A DNA stretch of 64,000 nucleotides. It comes from Azolla caroliniana. Lineage: Eukaryota; Plantae; Polypodiophyta. Below are positions 52,268 through 64,000 of the stretch, one piece after another; positions within the stretch are counted from its first letter, which is position 1; every line of letters starts with the position of its first letter. The notes beneath the pieces are model-generated. The model worked only from the letters and a program-made list of their open reading frames with translations. It ran no database searches and was not told the origin of the DNA. The position numbers and the translations under genes are program-made. The DNA is taken from the NCBI GenBank assembly GCA_043228905.1, contig JBHGNT010000008.1, positions 7,006,001-7,070,000 of the forward strand, read 5' to 3'.

Positions 52268-52677
52268 AAGAAATACAGCATTGCTTTCATTGATTGATCT
52301 ATTATTTATATCAACTTTTACCACAAGCATATTGCTTGAAATGATTAGTGATACTATTGCATGAACAATAGTAGAATTTTTGTTCTCATTATGTAGAGGA
52401 TGAATGCAAAAGTATATATTAGTCCAAGTGTATCGAATACTAGAGTGATATGATAATGATGAAATTTTGCATACAATTGTTTGAATTCAGGCATTTCACT
52501 TGGCTTGACTTAAGACTATTCAATATATGCTCAAAAAAGCCTGTATAAACTTTTTGCATGTTCTCCTATATGCATAATAAATCTTATTAGAAATGTAGAA
52601 CACTGTTTTGTGAGGTTTTGCATGAAATGAAAATTCGGTTGAAATTTGTCGTTGTACTGGATACGATAGGTTCAAGT

Positions 52678-52986
52678 TATTTTCAAGGAGCCTTAATGAC
52701 GTTAAGTTGATTTCTTATACGGTGGAACATTGTTCATATATTGGAAGATCAAAGCTTCTTAACATAATCCGCACATTATGTTAATATTGGTGAAATACAC
52801 TTTGCAAAAAAACATAGGAAATTCATCAATGGTATTTTCAAGTAGCCTTAATGATGTTAAGTTGATTTATTATATAGTGAAACATTGTAGAAATATTGGA
52901 AGATCAAAACTTCTTAATATAATCCTTGCTTTATGCCGATATTGGCAAAATACTCTTTGCAAAAAACCATGGGAAATTTATCAATC
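52678..52986. repeat. Diverged ~155-bp tandem duplication
   Basis: TATTTTCAAG.AGCCTTAATGA.GTTAAGTTGATTT...GAAATT.ATCAAT x2. Confidence 0.75.
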
Positions 52987-53320
52987 AATTCATCATTAGC
53001 GATGTTTAATATGTCTTTTATAAAAATTTGGTAATTGTTTTTTACCAATTGTTGGTATTTCACCACATATGGCATCTCTGTTTTTGGGTAGAAGTTTTTG
53101 GAAATGATTCAAAGTGCAAGCTTGGTCATATTGTACAACACACATAACATGTGTGATAACAAGCCTACTTGCCACCCAAAGGTAAGATGTCATTGATTAT
53201 GACTTAATAAGTGATTTAATAGGTGAAGGACACACTAAGAGACATTGGGAAGAAAACAATGGAGATTGGGATTTAAAGCTATCATGAAAAGACCAAGATA
53301 TATGTTGATTTTGTTGAATC

Positions 53321-54452
53321 TTTTTTTTTTTTCCAAAATGAAGCTACTTTCCCATTAGTTAGGTAGGATTATTACAAAGAGATTGTACAAGGAGGCTTAA
53401 ACAGAGATTGGGGAATCCCCCTCCGATCAAGTTCAAGAAATTGAGACTAGTTACATCGCCTTTCGAACTTGACTACTTAGTGTAAGTACCTAAAGCTAAA
53501 ATAGTGCCCTGTAATGATGGCTAGTACGGAACAACTCTTGGGGTCAACAACAGAGGGAGGGTGGTAAGTGAGCCGGAAACAACCAGCGTGGGGGCTGGTA
53601 GTTCCACCTCGGGCCACTTCCTCCTTGTGTCACCATAGGTGTGTTCCGCCATTTCTGCCAAAAGCGTAAACGAGCAGTACCCACGTCAGAGGAATGGCTG
53701 CAAACCTTGTCCAATTGCCCTCGTAGGCAGCTAATAAGCACAAACCATATGTCCATGATCACTTCCTCCGGGGGTCGCACCAGATCCTGGAAGACCTTTA
53801 GGCAACGCGCTTTCCATACATACCATAGGGTGAAGCCTGCGATCAACATCCAAATGTCCGGGAACCTAGGGGATGCGGACTGCAAGCCTCTCTCAAATCG
53901 AATCTTGGCGATTTTTCCTCTTATACATACATAGCACCAACTATCCGCATTGAAGGCGTCCATCCACCTATCACCAGAGTGATCAAGCCATGCCGCAACA
54001 CTCCACGATGTTGTTCCCTCCACTTCACATGCCGCAAGGAGGCGAGTCAATCTATCCCATACCTTTTGAGCATGAGGGCAATCCCACAGACAATGCCTCA
54101 GAGTCTCAATAGGTGAATGGCAAAGTGGGCAGCCTAACGGGCCGCCACATTTACCCAGCTATTCGCCAATGGGAACCACATTATGACCGATTTGCCACCA
54201 AAAAAACTTTATCTTTTCTGGCATGTGGAGACGCCAAAGACCCTTCCAAAAGGTAATGAGCACCTCATCAGGGATGCCCAATGTACACCAGCCATTGCGT
54301 AAGGGGTCGTCTAGATGTAATTGAAAAGCCCGACCCAGTTTAGTGTTGTACTCGAAGAAATGGCGAAATCTGCCATCATGTTTCCACCTGAAATCCCCTA
54401 GGTCCCATTCTAGTTCGACGAGGGGACGACAACCATATACCCATAACTTTGA
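53321..54452 (-). mobile_element. 5'-truncated L1-type LINE with poly(A) tail and TSD
   Basis: T12 at 53321-53332. TTGAATC at 53314-53320 and 54453-54459. zf-RVT-like PEKIKFFWWQIGHNVVP..CPLC..ETLRHCLWDC, followed by LWYVWKARC. Confidence 0.8.
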
Positions 54453-55413
54453 TTGAATCAAATGCATATCCATAATTAATTCTTGTTTTTCAATTTTGAT
54501 AATTAAATGGACTCCATCTATGTCCATCACCCCAACTCTTAGAATATGCATACAATATTGAAATTTGATAGTTAGTCTTTTGTGAATCAACCAAGGTATA
54601 AGTAATTAGATGGTAGAGTACGAAACATATACGAAGTAGATGTTAGTCGAATTGAGCATTGTCTTGAGGCATGTTACTTTTTTCAACGAATTGTTTAAAG
54701 ACTAAAGAGCAAAGTTGATGTCATATCACCGGGGTTGTAGATGACACCATTTATGAAACTGTCTCCACTTAATAATGTGTGCAAAAGTTATGATAATGAA
54801 TTTATTCATTTGCCTAATGGTTTCTAGTGTCTACTTCAAATTCGGTGTCCGTAAAGTCAAATGACACTACTAGCCAACTTCCAAGGAGCAAATTTGAGGT
54901 TGTAAAACTTGAGCTTTATCCTGTAAAGATGATTATACTAGAAGCGCATTTGACGTGGCAAAACTATGGAACACAATGACGCACCATTGTTGAAGTTAAA
55001 CATTACACCGAAATGCCACAAATGCCCGTTCTTTTGAGTGCATTCACTTTAAGACATGCACTATGGCATCAAGGATGCTTCTTTAAGTATTTGTTATCAG
55101 CTCGGTTCGGTTCAAGCATTGTACCTAAAACGGTTCGGTTCGGTTCGGTTAGAGCATTGCCAAACCGAGATCGAACTGTGTAAGGAGACCCAAGCTTGAA
55201 CTTAGTTGAAGCGAACCGCCAAACCATTTAGAAACGGTTTACGGCTCAATTCTACTCTACTCTACTCTGCTCTACTCATCATATACAAACATATGTATAA
55301 GAGGAGAGCCTAAACACTCCCTCTCCTCTTCTCTGAAGAAGAAGAAGAAGAAGAAGAAGAAGAAGAATCCTACCCTTTTCAATACTCTGCGTGTGTGTTC
55401 TCTTTTCAATATC

Positions 55414-58400
55414 ATGGAATTTGTTAGTCCCGAAGGCCTTCGTCTCGATGGTCGCCGTCCAGCAGAGGTTTAGTCTCTTCTTCTTCTTCTTTCTTCTTGC
55501 AATTTGCTTTGGTTTTTTTGTTTTTACAGTTTTGCTTTGGTGTTGTTTCTGTTTTGCTTTGCTTTGCCTTCCCCCCTCCCCTACTCTTTTGTTTCGTTTG
55601 CTTCCCTCACATTGCAATTTGAGAGAGAGAGAGAGAGAGTGAGAGAGAGTTGTTCTGGCATATTTCAGATGCGACAGATGCGTGCGAAGCTTGGCGTGAT
55701 AGACCAAGCCAATGGGTAAGACGTTCCTTGCCTCATACTTACAACCCCGAAATTGGTTTCATTGAAACCAGCAAAAAGTGTTTCTGCTACTGAAGATGGA
55801 TAGATTAGATTAATTTTATTAATGTCCTTAAATGCCAAATATAACCTATGGAGCCAAAAAAGAGGCATATCAAAGCTGATCCATGTGATCAGTAGGTGAA
55901 TATGAATAACTAATGAGAAAAATAAAGAGTGTAAGGGGACATGTGCATTGTTGCATACATATTGTGGTATATGTGGATAGGTTTGGTCGCAATGCACACC
56001 GTGTGCTAAAAGCAACAATGCTGCATCATATATACAATGCTTATCTGAATAATATGGGTGAGCAATGAGAAAAATGAGAGGGATTCATATGTGCATAGGT
56101 TTGGTCACAATGCACACTGTATACAAAAACAATACGGTGTTTATCTGAATATTATGGACGTGATTAATGGGAGGAATTCTCTATGATTCTATGTACTGAT
56201 GAATAGGTCATGTTTGTTCAGTGGAAAAAGAAGCTTTATGTTTTGAATGGAAAACCTTGTGAACAGTTTGTTCATGTTTCTTCAGTGGAAAAAGAAGCTT
56301 CATGTTTTTGAACGGAAAACCTTATGGACATCCTAAGGCTATTAACTGTCTCAATTCAAACGTCAACTCAAAATAAAGTTTTCATCTCATCAATTATGGG
56401 TTGTTTGGTAACCATGATTTTGTTGATTCTTCAATGCGGTAATATTTTTCAAGCAGTTCTGCCACATTTGAGATGGGAAACACTAAAGTGATAGCAGCAG
56501 TATATGGACCTCATGAGGTATGCCTGTCTAGTTTATCATGCCATGTGCAATAAAATTGTATGATATGATTTCTAAGATTTATCCTTTTCTACATGATAGG
56601 AAGAACAGCTAGTGGTAACATATTAAATTAAGTAGAGACTGCACTTAGCAAAGAAGATTGAGAGTCATTGATATTGCAGCACCACTGTAATAATTGTTTT
56701 GATGATAATAGGTACAAAACCGGAGTCAGCAGCTCAATGATCAAGCTTTGGTAGTTCTTCCTGGACTCAGTTCCGTTTTTCTTATTTAAGACCCACTTCT
56801 CAATGTGGAATATTTTAGTCATGGGAATAAAGACTACATGCATGATTCCATTTAATTTTAAATCATGAACAGGTTAAATGTGAGTATAGTATGGCAAATT
56901 TCAGCACAGGGGATCGTAGAAGAAAGCAAAAAGGAGATAGGTATAACTATAACGGTTTACCTTTTTCATGAATTGTATCTAAAACTATTTGGTTTCCTAA
57001 ATATCTTTTAACCATGTAGACGTTCAGTTGAGATTTCACTTGTTATCCGGCAAAGCATGGAGGCTGCTATCTTGACAAACCTTCTTCCGCGTACACAGGC
57101 AAATCCGTGTTTGTCTTATAGCTTGATAACTATTGCAAACCATTTCTGAAATCTTTTCCGTTTAAATAGACTAAACTTGGTATTATTTTGATGTTTTGCA
57201 GATAGATATTTTTGTTCATGTACTTCAAGCTGATGGAGGTAAACATTCTGTGTGTTATATTTTCTATAGGATAATCATATTATGTACTTATAATCGTTAG
57301 TGTTTGGTCCAAGTGTTTTGGAATCTGTGAGGATTTTTGGAAGGATTTAACATCCTATTCGGTTTCTGAGTCTAGTAGGAGCTGTTTTCATTTCCTTTCA
57401 AGAACACACATACTCTTTGACATGCGATGGAAAATTAGTTCCATCGCGTGCACTTGCTAATATATGATTATTCTCTGCTCACATTGTTCCCCAAATTAGT
57501 TCCATTGCGTGCACTTTGAAAATAGTTGTTTAATATCAAAATGAATGCTTGTAGAATGATAACTGCAGGTACACGTTCTGCTTGCATTAATGCTGCATCC
57601 CTAGCACTGGCAGATGCGGGGATTCCGATGCGGGATATTGTAACATCTTGTGCAGCTGGCTATCTGAATAACACTCCATTGCTTGGTATATTTAGATGTT
57701 TGCACAAGTAGAGCCATATGCTTGAAATTTTAAACTTTGCCATCTGTTGTAGGGTAGATTTCCTACACTAGTATTGTGCACATTTAATCATGTTTTTCTC
57801 CTGATGCTCAGATCTCAACTATTTAGAGGATAGTGGTGGTGGCCCAGATGTTACTGTTGCTCTACTTCCAAAGATGGATAAAGTTACTCTCTTGCAAGTA
57901 AGCTGTGGTTACGGTTTCTGCTGTACTCATAATTTTTAACAATTCCTTTTAATAACTTGATATGCATTGTCACAAAATGCAGATGGATGCAAAGTTATCC
58001 ATGGAGATGTTTGAAAGGGTTTTTGAATTAGGAAGTAGAGGTTGCATGGCTGTGGCAAACTACATGCAAGAGGTACAAGTTTTCTATTTTTTCTGTAGGT
58101 TTGATCTGCTTGAGGATGGCCCATTGATGCACTGCATTATCTAGTATTATTTTTAAGGATCATGCTTTCTGTACATGAAGTGGTTCTGACTCTGTCGGGC
58201 CCATGGGCCCGGTTTGGTTTCAGTTGGGTTGGTTTCTTTGCCTTGAAACCAAACCGAATCGAACCAAACCATTTATATAAAACAAAAACCAAACTAAACC
58301 ATTTAAACCAAAACCACTTAAGTGAAACAATTAAAAAAACTAAATAAACAAACATACATTAAATAAAATAAGCATTTAAGTTCATTTATTAGATCAATAG

Positions 58401-59923
58401 AAAAGCATTAATTATATTATTAAGTTAAATTAATGAAAACAATAAAAAAACATTTATTAAACCAATAGAAAAGCATTAATTATATGATTAAGTTAAATTA
58501 ATGAAAACAATAAAAAAACATTTATTAAACCATTAAGGAAAAAAAAAGTCAACCAAAAACCAATAAACCTTTACACCAAACCGCTTAAACCTATAAACCG
58601 ATAAACCCGAGTTTTAGAACCAACCTAAACAAAATCTGAACTGTTTATTAATAATCCAAACCAAACCAAACCATTAATTTTTTTGGAACCGATAAACCGT
58701 TAAACCATGGCTTAACAACCGGTTCGGTTTGATCCAAAACCGAGCCCATAGCAGTCTCTGGGCTCTTGTGATGTTGTTTGGATATTTGTCATGAACTGAT
58801 TTGTATATATTTGTCTCTTCTACTCAAAACCCTTATGCACTAGTGAGAAAATCATGAAATCTTGTGATATCCTATTTCCTTTTGTGGTCACATATGTACA
58901 TATTACATGAAGGGTGCATGATAACATTAAGACAGATCATTCAAAATGGAAATCTAAGCCATGGTTTGCTTATGGCACAATTTAAGTTTTCTATCTTGTT
59001 TTAGGAATTTGGTGGTGTTTAGGAAGCCTACATTGTTGTAATTGTGATCTCTTAGTAGCCCAGAACGTTTATTATATTTAAAAAATGACCCTTCTTGATT
59101 CAAAGACAAATAAGGGTGTGGAACATGTTTGGATAATGATTCAGAAGGTTGCGTAATGAATTGTAGATGGTGACATAACTTGTAAAGAGTTTTCTAGTTA
59201 AACACACTTGTATTGAAGAATTCTGTGAATTGTTCATTGCTGAATCTTAACAACTTTCTGTTTCATGGTGTAATTCTAAAAATGTTTTTTGATTAAGACT
59301 GATAAATAATGCTCCTGCATTCATTGGAGATTGCTATTTGTTTAGTCCTGTATTTTCATATTGATCAATCATTGTGCAGCAATCTATGATTGCGTCATAG
59401 CATGAGCACTGGAAAAGGATTTCTTCATTTCGAAAATTAGGAAACAATTGGGGATCTTTGATCTTGGTTTTAGATGTATGTACATAAATATATTCAAAAT
59501 CCTCCAAGATTACATAGAAAGTATGTTGAAGTTTAATTGCTTCACGATGTGTATCATTTAACTTACACTCAGAAAGGAAATGAAGAAGATAAGTCAAAGA
59601 ATTGCATGCCTTTCAAGTTACATAGATACAATTAGGAAATTTGGAGTTGCGAGTGGAGGGTAATCTGCAAAAATCAGAGATGTTGATGGAAACTAGGCCT
59701 TGCGGAAATCAGAGAATCTGTTCAAATCAATAAGTCCATGTTAAAAAAGCATTAAGTATTGTGTATGGAATTTAGGTTTTTCAGCCAGGTAACCTGGAAA
59801 ATAATTAAACAAAAACTTTTATTGATGTATCCAGCTTTGAGGCTTTTGGTGATGTCTTTATCGTAGGTATTGATGCAGAACACTAAAGAATTGGCGTATG
59901 CTAGGGGTGTAGTGAAAATTTGA
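55414..59923 (+). CDS. RRP41: Exosome complex component RRP41 (RNase PH-like), 11 exons
   Basis: Exons 55414-55467, 55669-55715, 56457-56517, 56712-56750, 56873-56940, 57020-57098, 57202-57238, 57569-57685, 57812-57897, 57983-58072, 59867-59923. They give [68 protein letters not shown]. Confidence 0.93.
58201..58750. mobile_element. AAACC-rich MITE-like element in the last coding intron of RRP41
   Basis: Inverted ends CCATGGGCCCGGTTTGG / CCAAAACCGAGCCCATAG, many AAACCG/CGGTT motifs and an internal ~60-bp duplication. No clear TSD. A related remnant lies at ~55100-55245. Confidence 0.6.
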
Positions 59924-61511
59924 TGAATGCCCAGTTTTTTTTGACATCAGGTAAAAATAATATTTGTTAGTTGAATAGTAATCAGCTAAGATATGGGTTT
60001 ATTTGTAATTAGCTGAGATATATGGTAAATTAATCCTTAATTTGATTAGTTATCAGGAAATATATGATTTATTAATCTTTGATGTAAATTATGTAGTGAA
60101 GTTCACAGCTCCACTCAGATGAAGGTTCTGCAAGACTAGGAAATGAGAAATCTTTTTGGGGTACAAATCCTAAGAAGATTATTTAAGATGACAACAAACA
60201 AGGTTGTTCAATGGATCTCCAACCTAGGTTTCTGAAACTCAACGAAACAGTGAGAGATTGTCGATGTTGTAATGTTCCATTGAAATCTATTCATTAGTTT
60301 GTGGTTTTTGTGATTCCCGAGTCAAAGATGTAGCTAAAGTAATAGATGGTACCTGGTACATCTATAAACCTTGTTACAGATGTCGAAGCTTGTTTATGCC
60401 ACAAATGTTATCCTAATACTTGGTGTTTTTTCATTATTTTCAGTTTCTTCTTTTACAGAATGTATAATATGTTGTTTATGCCATAGTGGCATGCGATCAA
60501 GAATTGATGGAAGCTACATATTTTCACATGCATGAAAGCTTTCTGGTGAAATTATGGTTCATCTACCTAATTTCTTTCATCTGGTTGAAACTTCAGAATT
60601 TCTTATATCTTTATAATTTCAACTATGAAAAGTCATTAGAAGGGAGGGCTGACAATATATAACACACCTGTGTGGGGCCAAAGGTATAGCCATTATCTGA
60701 ATCTTGAATTAGGGATACATAAAACAGCCTTCAATAGGTTGTGTGAATGGTTTTTAATAAGATCAACAAATTTGTAGTATTGCTAACCTAAATTTTTGTC
60801 CGACTTATTATGTATATTTTCTTGAGGTCCATAAGTCTAATCCAGAGAAATCACAATACCAATGTCACAAAATTGGGAGCACATTATTTAGGAGCTGGAT
60901 TTTATTTGTGATTTTGCAATATGACCAACTCCATCGTCCAAAGTCATAGAAGTTTAAGGTCCAGCTCTCAGAAAAGGATTAAGAGTTCCCAGATGTCTTC
61001 TATAAGGGAAGCCCTAGATTTGATGTGAATCACCATGGGTGTGTTTGTTCCAGTGTTCCAATTAAGATCTGGTCTTATGCCGATAAAGTTATGCTTTTGA
61101 TGGGTTGGCCTACATGGAATCATATGTTTCACAAGAAAAGGCATGACAAATAGGTCAATACTCGTCTCACTAATGGCTTTTGACTAATACCCTATCATGG
61201 GATCATGTTGCCAAACTTGTTCACCACGCCAAAAGGGTTATGGTTGGTGATGCCAGATGACCATGGCTAGGTAAGTCCATGTATTTAACAGACAAGAAGA
61301 TATTTAGAGTTAGACTAGGGTAGTTAAAGAGATTTTGGATCCTTGTCACTAACTATTCGGGATTTTGTTGATTCCTTGCAATTAATGGCATAATGCGGAG
61401 GCACACGTTGTATCGTTCATGCTCATTGCGTCGATGTTTTTATATAGTGAAGCAATAGCTTCACAACAACGCTTGGTAAGCATACCTTGTACTTTTGGCC
61501 TATAGTATTTT

Positions 61512-61670
61512 TACCCCTTTTAGGAGTTATTTCTCTATCAACTCAGATTTGTTTCTCTTCTTACACATTTAGAGCTCGTAGGCTTACTATTTAAACCCCT
61601 TTGAGGAGTTATTTTTCTATTGACTCACCTTTGTTTCTCTCTTCTTACACATGTAGAGCTCTTAGGCCTA
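61512..61670. repeat. ~82-bp tandem duplication
   Basis: ACCCC(T)TTT..GGAGTTATTT.TCTAT...TCTTACACAT.TAGAGCTC.TAGGC x2. Confidence 0.7.
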
Positions 61671-63229
61671 TAAATTTCCTCCCATAGATCCCATGGTATC
61701 CTAAAACTAGATTAACAAGGCAAGATATGCGGAAACTTATAAGGTTTGATAAATTTATAGCTCTTTCTTGATTCTATGGGTGGCGATGTGTGATCATTCT
61801 ATGGGAGCACCTAATGATCTAAAGAAATTACACTTACCTTCAAGGCTCAACAAACAAATTACACTTATCGTCAAAACAAAATTACGCTTACCTTCAAGGC
61901 ATGTAGACTATAACATGTGGATCACTTCCCAGAAGTTCGGTTAAAGTCATAGATTCCTTTGGTGCCATACATTAATCTATTATTATTATTGATTCCTTTC
62001 CCCGACTTCAAAGACTTTGCATTTTTCATAATTCATAAATAAGAAAATCATTAATTACCTTAGAGGGTGCTTACTACTATGTACTTAATTATTGTATTTT
62101 GAAGTGCATATAATAAATGTAACCTCCAAAATTGAGGGAAATCATGCATTTCACACTCACAACAATGATGTTAAAAAACAAAACATAAAACGATCATCAA
62201 TGTACAACCTTGTGTAGGACTTTGGATCAGTTTAGTAATGGTGAGAGAATGAGAGATATAGAAATTATCCATGTCATTCAATGTAAAGGTATCTTCTATT
62301 CATTAAGTCAATTGTAGACTTTTAACTAATGTGCCCCATGTAATGTGTGTTCATGCAAAAGGTATGTGGCAAATTAAGCTTAACATCTCAACAAAATATT
62401 CAAAGCACTCTCTCAACACATTTGTCCCTCACAATGTTAGGTCATTATTGCACCCTCAAGAAGACATTATGGTCACTCATATCCTTGAAATGTGGTGGAT
62501 GTAACACCCACAAAAAGAGATTTCCGACCTACATGGGAAACACTTATGGAAATTTCTTTTCAAGGAATTTCATGTGAATCGGAATACATTCCAACTTATT
62601 CTAGATGAGACAAGGATTCACTTGAAAGGCTATATTGAGTAAATTACAAGGTGTTACATCAGTGACAAGAGACAAATACTTAGATCCCAAAGGATCAGTA
62701 TTGTCAAGCCTCGTATGTGTACACATTGAACAAATGGAGTGGACCAAGTTCTTTGGTAAATAGAGACAAAGACACATTTACCTAGTCAAAACAAATCCAT
62801 TTAATCACACAACATCTTGCTAGAGAACACAAAGGATAGATATTTAGAAGAATTTCATCAATGGACATACATTTGATTAGTTTAGGAAAGCTCATTAAGA
62901 GTAATCCAAAAGATGTTGAAATAGCATGTAATGTTCTCACCTCTAGCGCTAGAGGAATATATGGACATAAGATAAAGTTTGATTTATTTTGTGGAATACA
63001 AATATAAAGAAAAGTGGGTGGTTGACCAACATTCCTTAACGGTCAAGATGCTAAACCAAGCAGACATTGAGCTCTATTGATCCCTTGCCGTTAATTATGG
63101 TTCATTGCTCCTACTTATTTCACTCCAATAGTTCCTTGAGCAAACACCTAGCGTGCTCCACTTTCGATTCCATGGCCTAAGATCCATAAGACAACATGTT
63201 CACTGAACACTATGGCTTAACATCTTAAC

Positions 63230-63701
63230 AATGAACTACTTATGGGTTGGATTACTTTCTAAAACTCCAAGTCATTGTATATCCTCCTATGCACATGGAT
63301 GAGAATTCACTTTAGTGGTTAACTTCTTATGGATAGAATTAATTCATAAAGACTCAAAAGGTGTTGTATATCTTGTTGTGCACATTGTGACATCTTCAAA
63401 CAAACAAGGGGAATTTTAAAATAGATTCAATCAAGAGGGGGTGTAAAGTTACGAACTATGGTTAGAATGAACTACTTATGGGTTGGCTTACTTTCTAAAA
63501 CTCCAAGTCATTGTATATCCTCCTATGCACATGGATGAGAATTCACTTTAGTGGTTAACTTCTTATGGATAGAATTAATTCATAAAGACTCAAAAGGCGT
63601 TGTATATCTTGTTGTGCACATTGTGACATCTTTAGACAAACAAGGGGAATTTTAAAATAGATTTAATCAAGAGGGGGTGTAAAGTTACGAACTATGGTTA
63701 G
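63230..63701. repeat. 236-bp tandem duplication
   Basis: 63230-63465 repeated at 63466-63701 with about 5 substitutions; AATG microhomology at the junction. Confidence 0.92.
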
Positions 63702-64000
63702 AATGGATCTATAAGAAATATAAGTAATGTTATAGATTGTTGTATACATTGATATCCATTTTTTATGTTAAAACTCTTAAGCACCTTCAAAGGGCAAGTT
63801 CTACCAAAAGCCTTGAATCTTTGTGAACCACCTTTATGCTCTTGTTATAAAATGCATGTTTAATTTAACAATTTGTCAATTGCTTGAAGAAGTAAAGGCT
63901 AAGTTTGAAGCTAATGAAAAGACTAATCATAATTGATGGAATGGGCTTACAAGTTTGGTGGGTTTCTCAAGAAAGAATACATTTGTATTGTTCTAAGAAA

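Noticed and set aside
61900-63200. Minus-strand LINE endonuclease/RT remnant
   Set aside because: Only faint motif echoes; too degraded to call without a homology search.

Overview
Eukaryotic land-plant genomic DNA. A non-seed plant such as a fern is likely, but that is an inference from spliceosomal introns, plant gene homologues and a chromovirus with a class I chromodomain. Bases 1-22.9 kb are a stack of nested transposons. An old L1-type LINE is split by Ty1/copia element A (3336-14513, minus strand, TSD CCTAG). Element A is in turn split by a very young copia element B (6368-12417, plus strand, TSD GTACC). A second, minus-strand LINE is split by a hAT-type MITE (16220-16861, 8-bp TSD) and by Ty3/gypsy chromovirus C (16890-22159, TSD AGTAT). 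The rest holds three intron-containing plus-strand genes: URB2/Npa2 (23347-37482), a FOREVER YOUNG-like short-chain dehydrogenase (46401-52267) and exosome subunit RRP41 (55414-59923). These are interspersed with decayed TEs and tandem duplications. The most interesting object is chromovirus C. It has no recognisable tRNA-complementary PBS; instead a 12-nt PBS is complementary to its own predicted transcript start (self-priming). It also has an antisense tRNA-like A/B-box hairpin at the start of both LTRs, an intact-looking -1 frameshift signal at the gag-pol junction, and no detectable protease domain. Coordinates, exon chains and divergence counts were read by eye.
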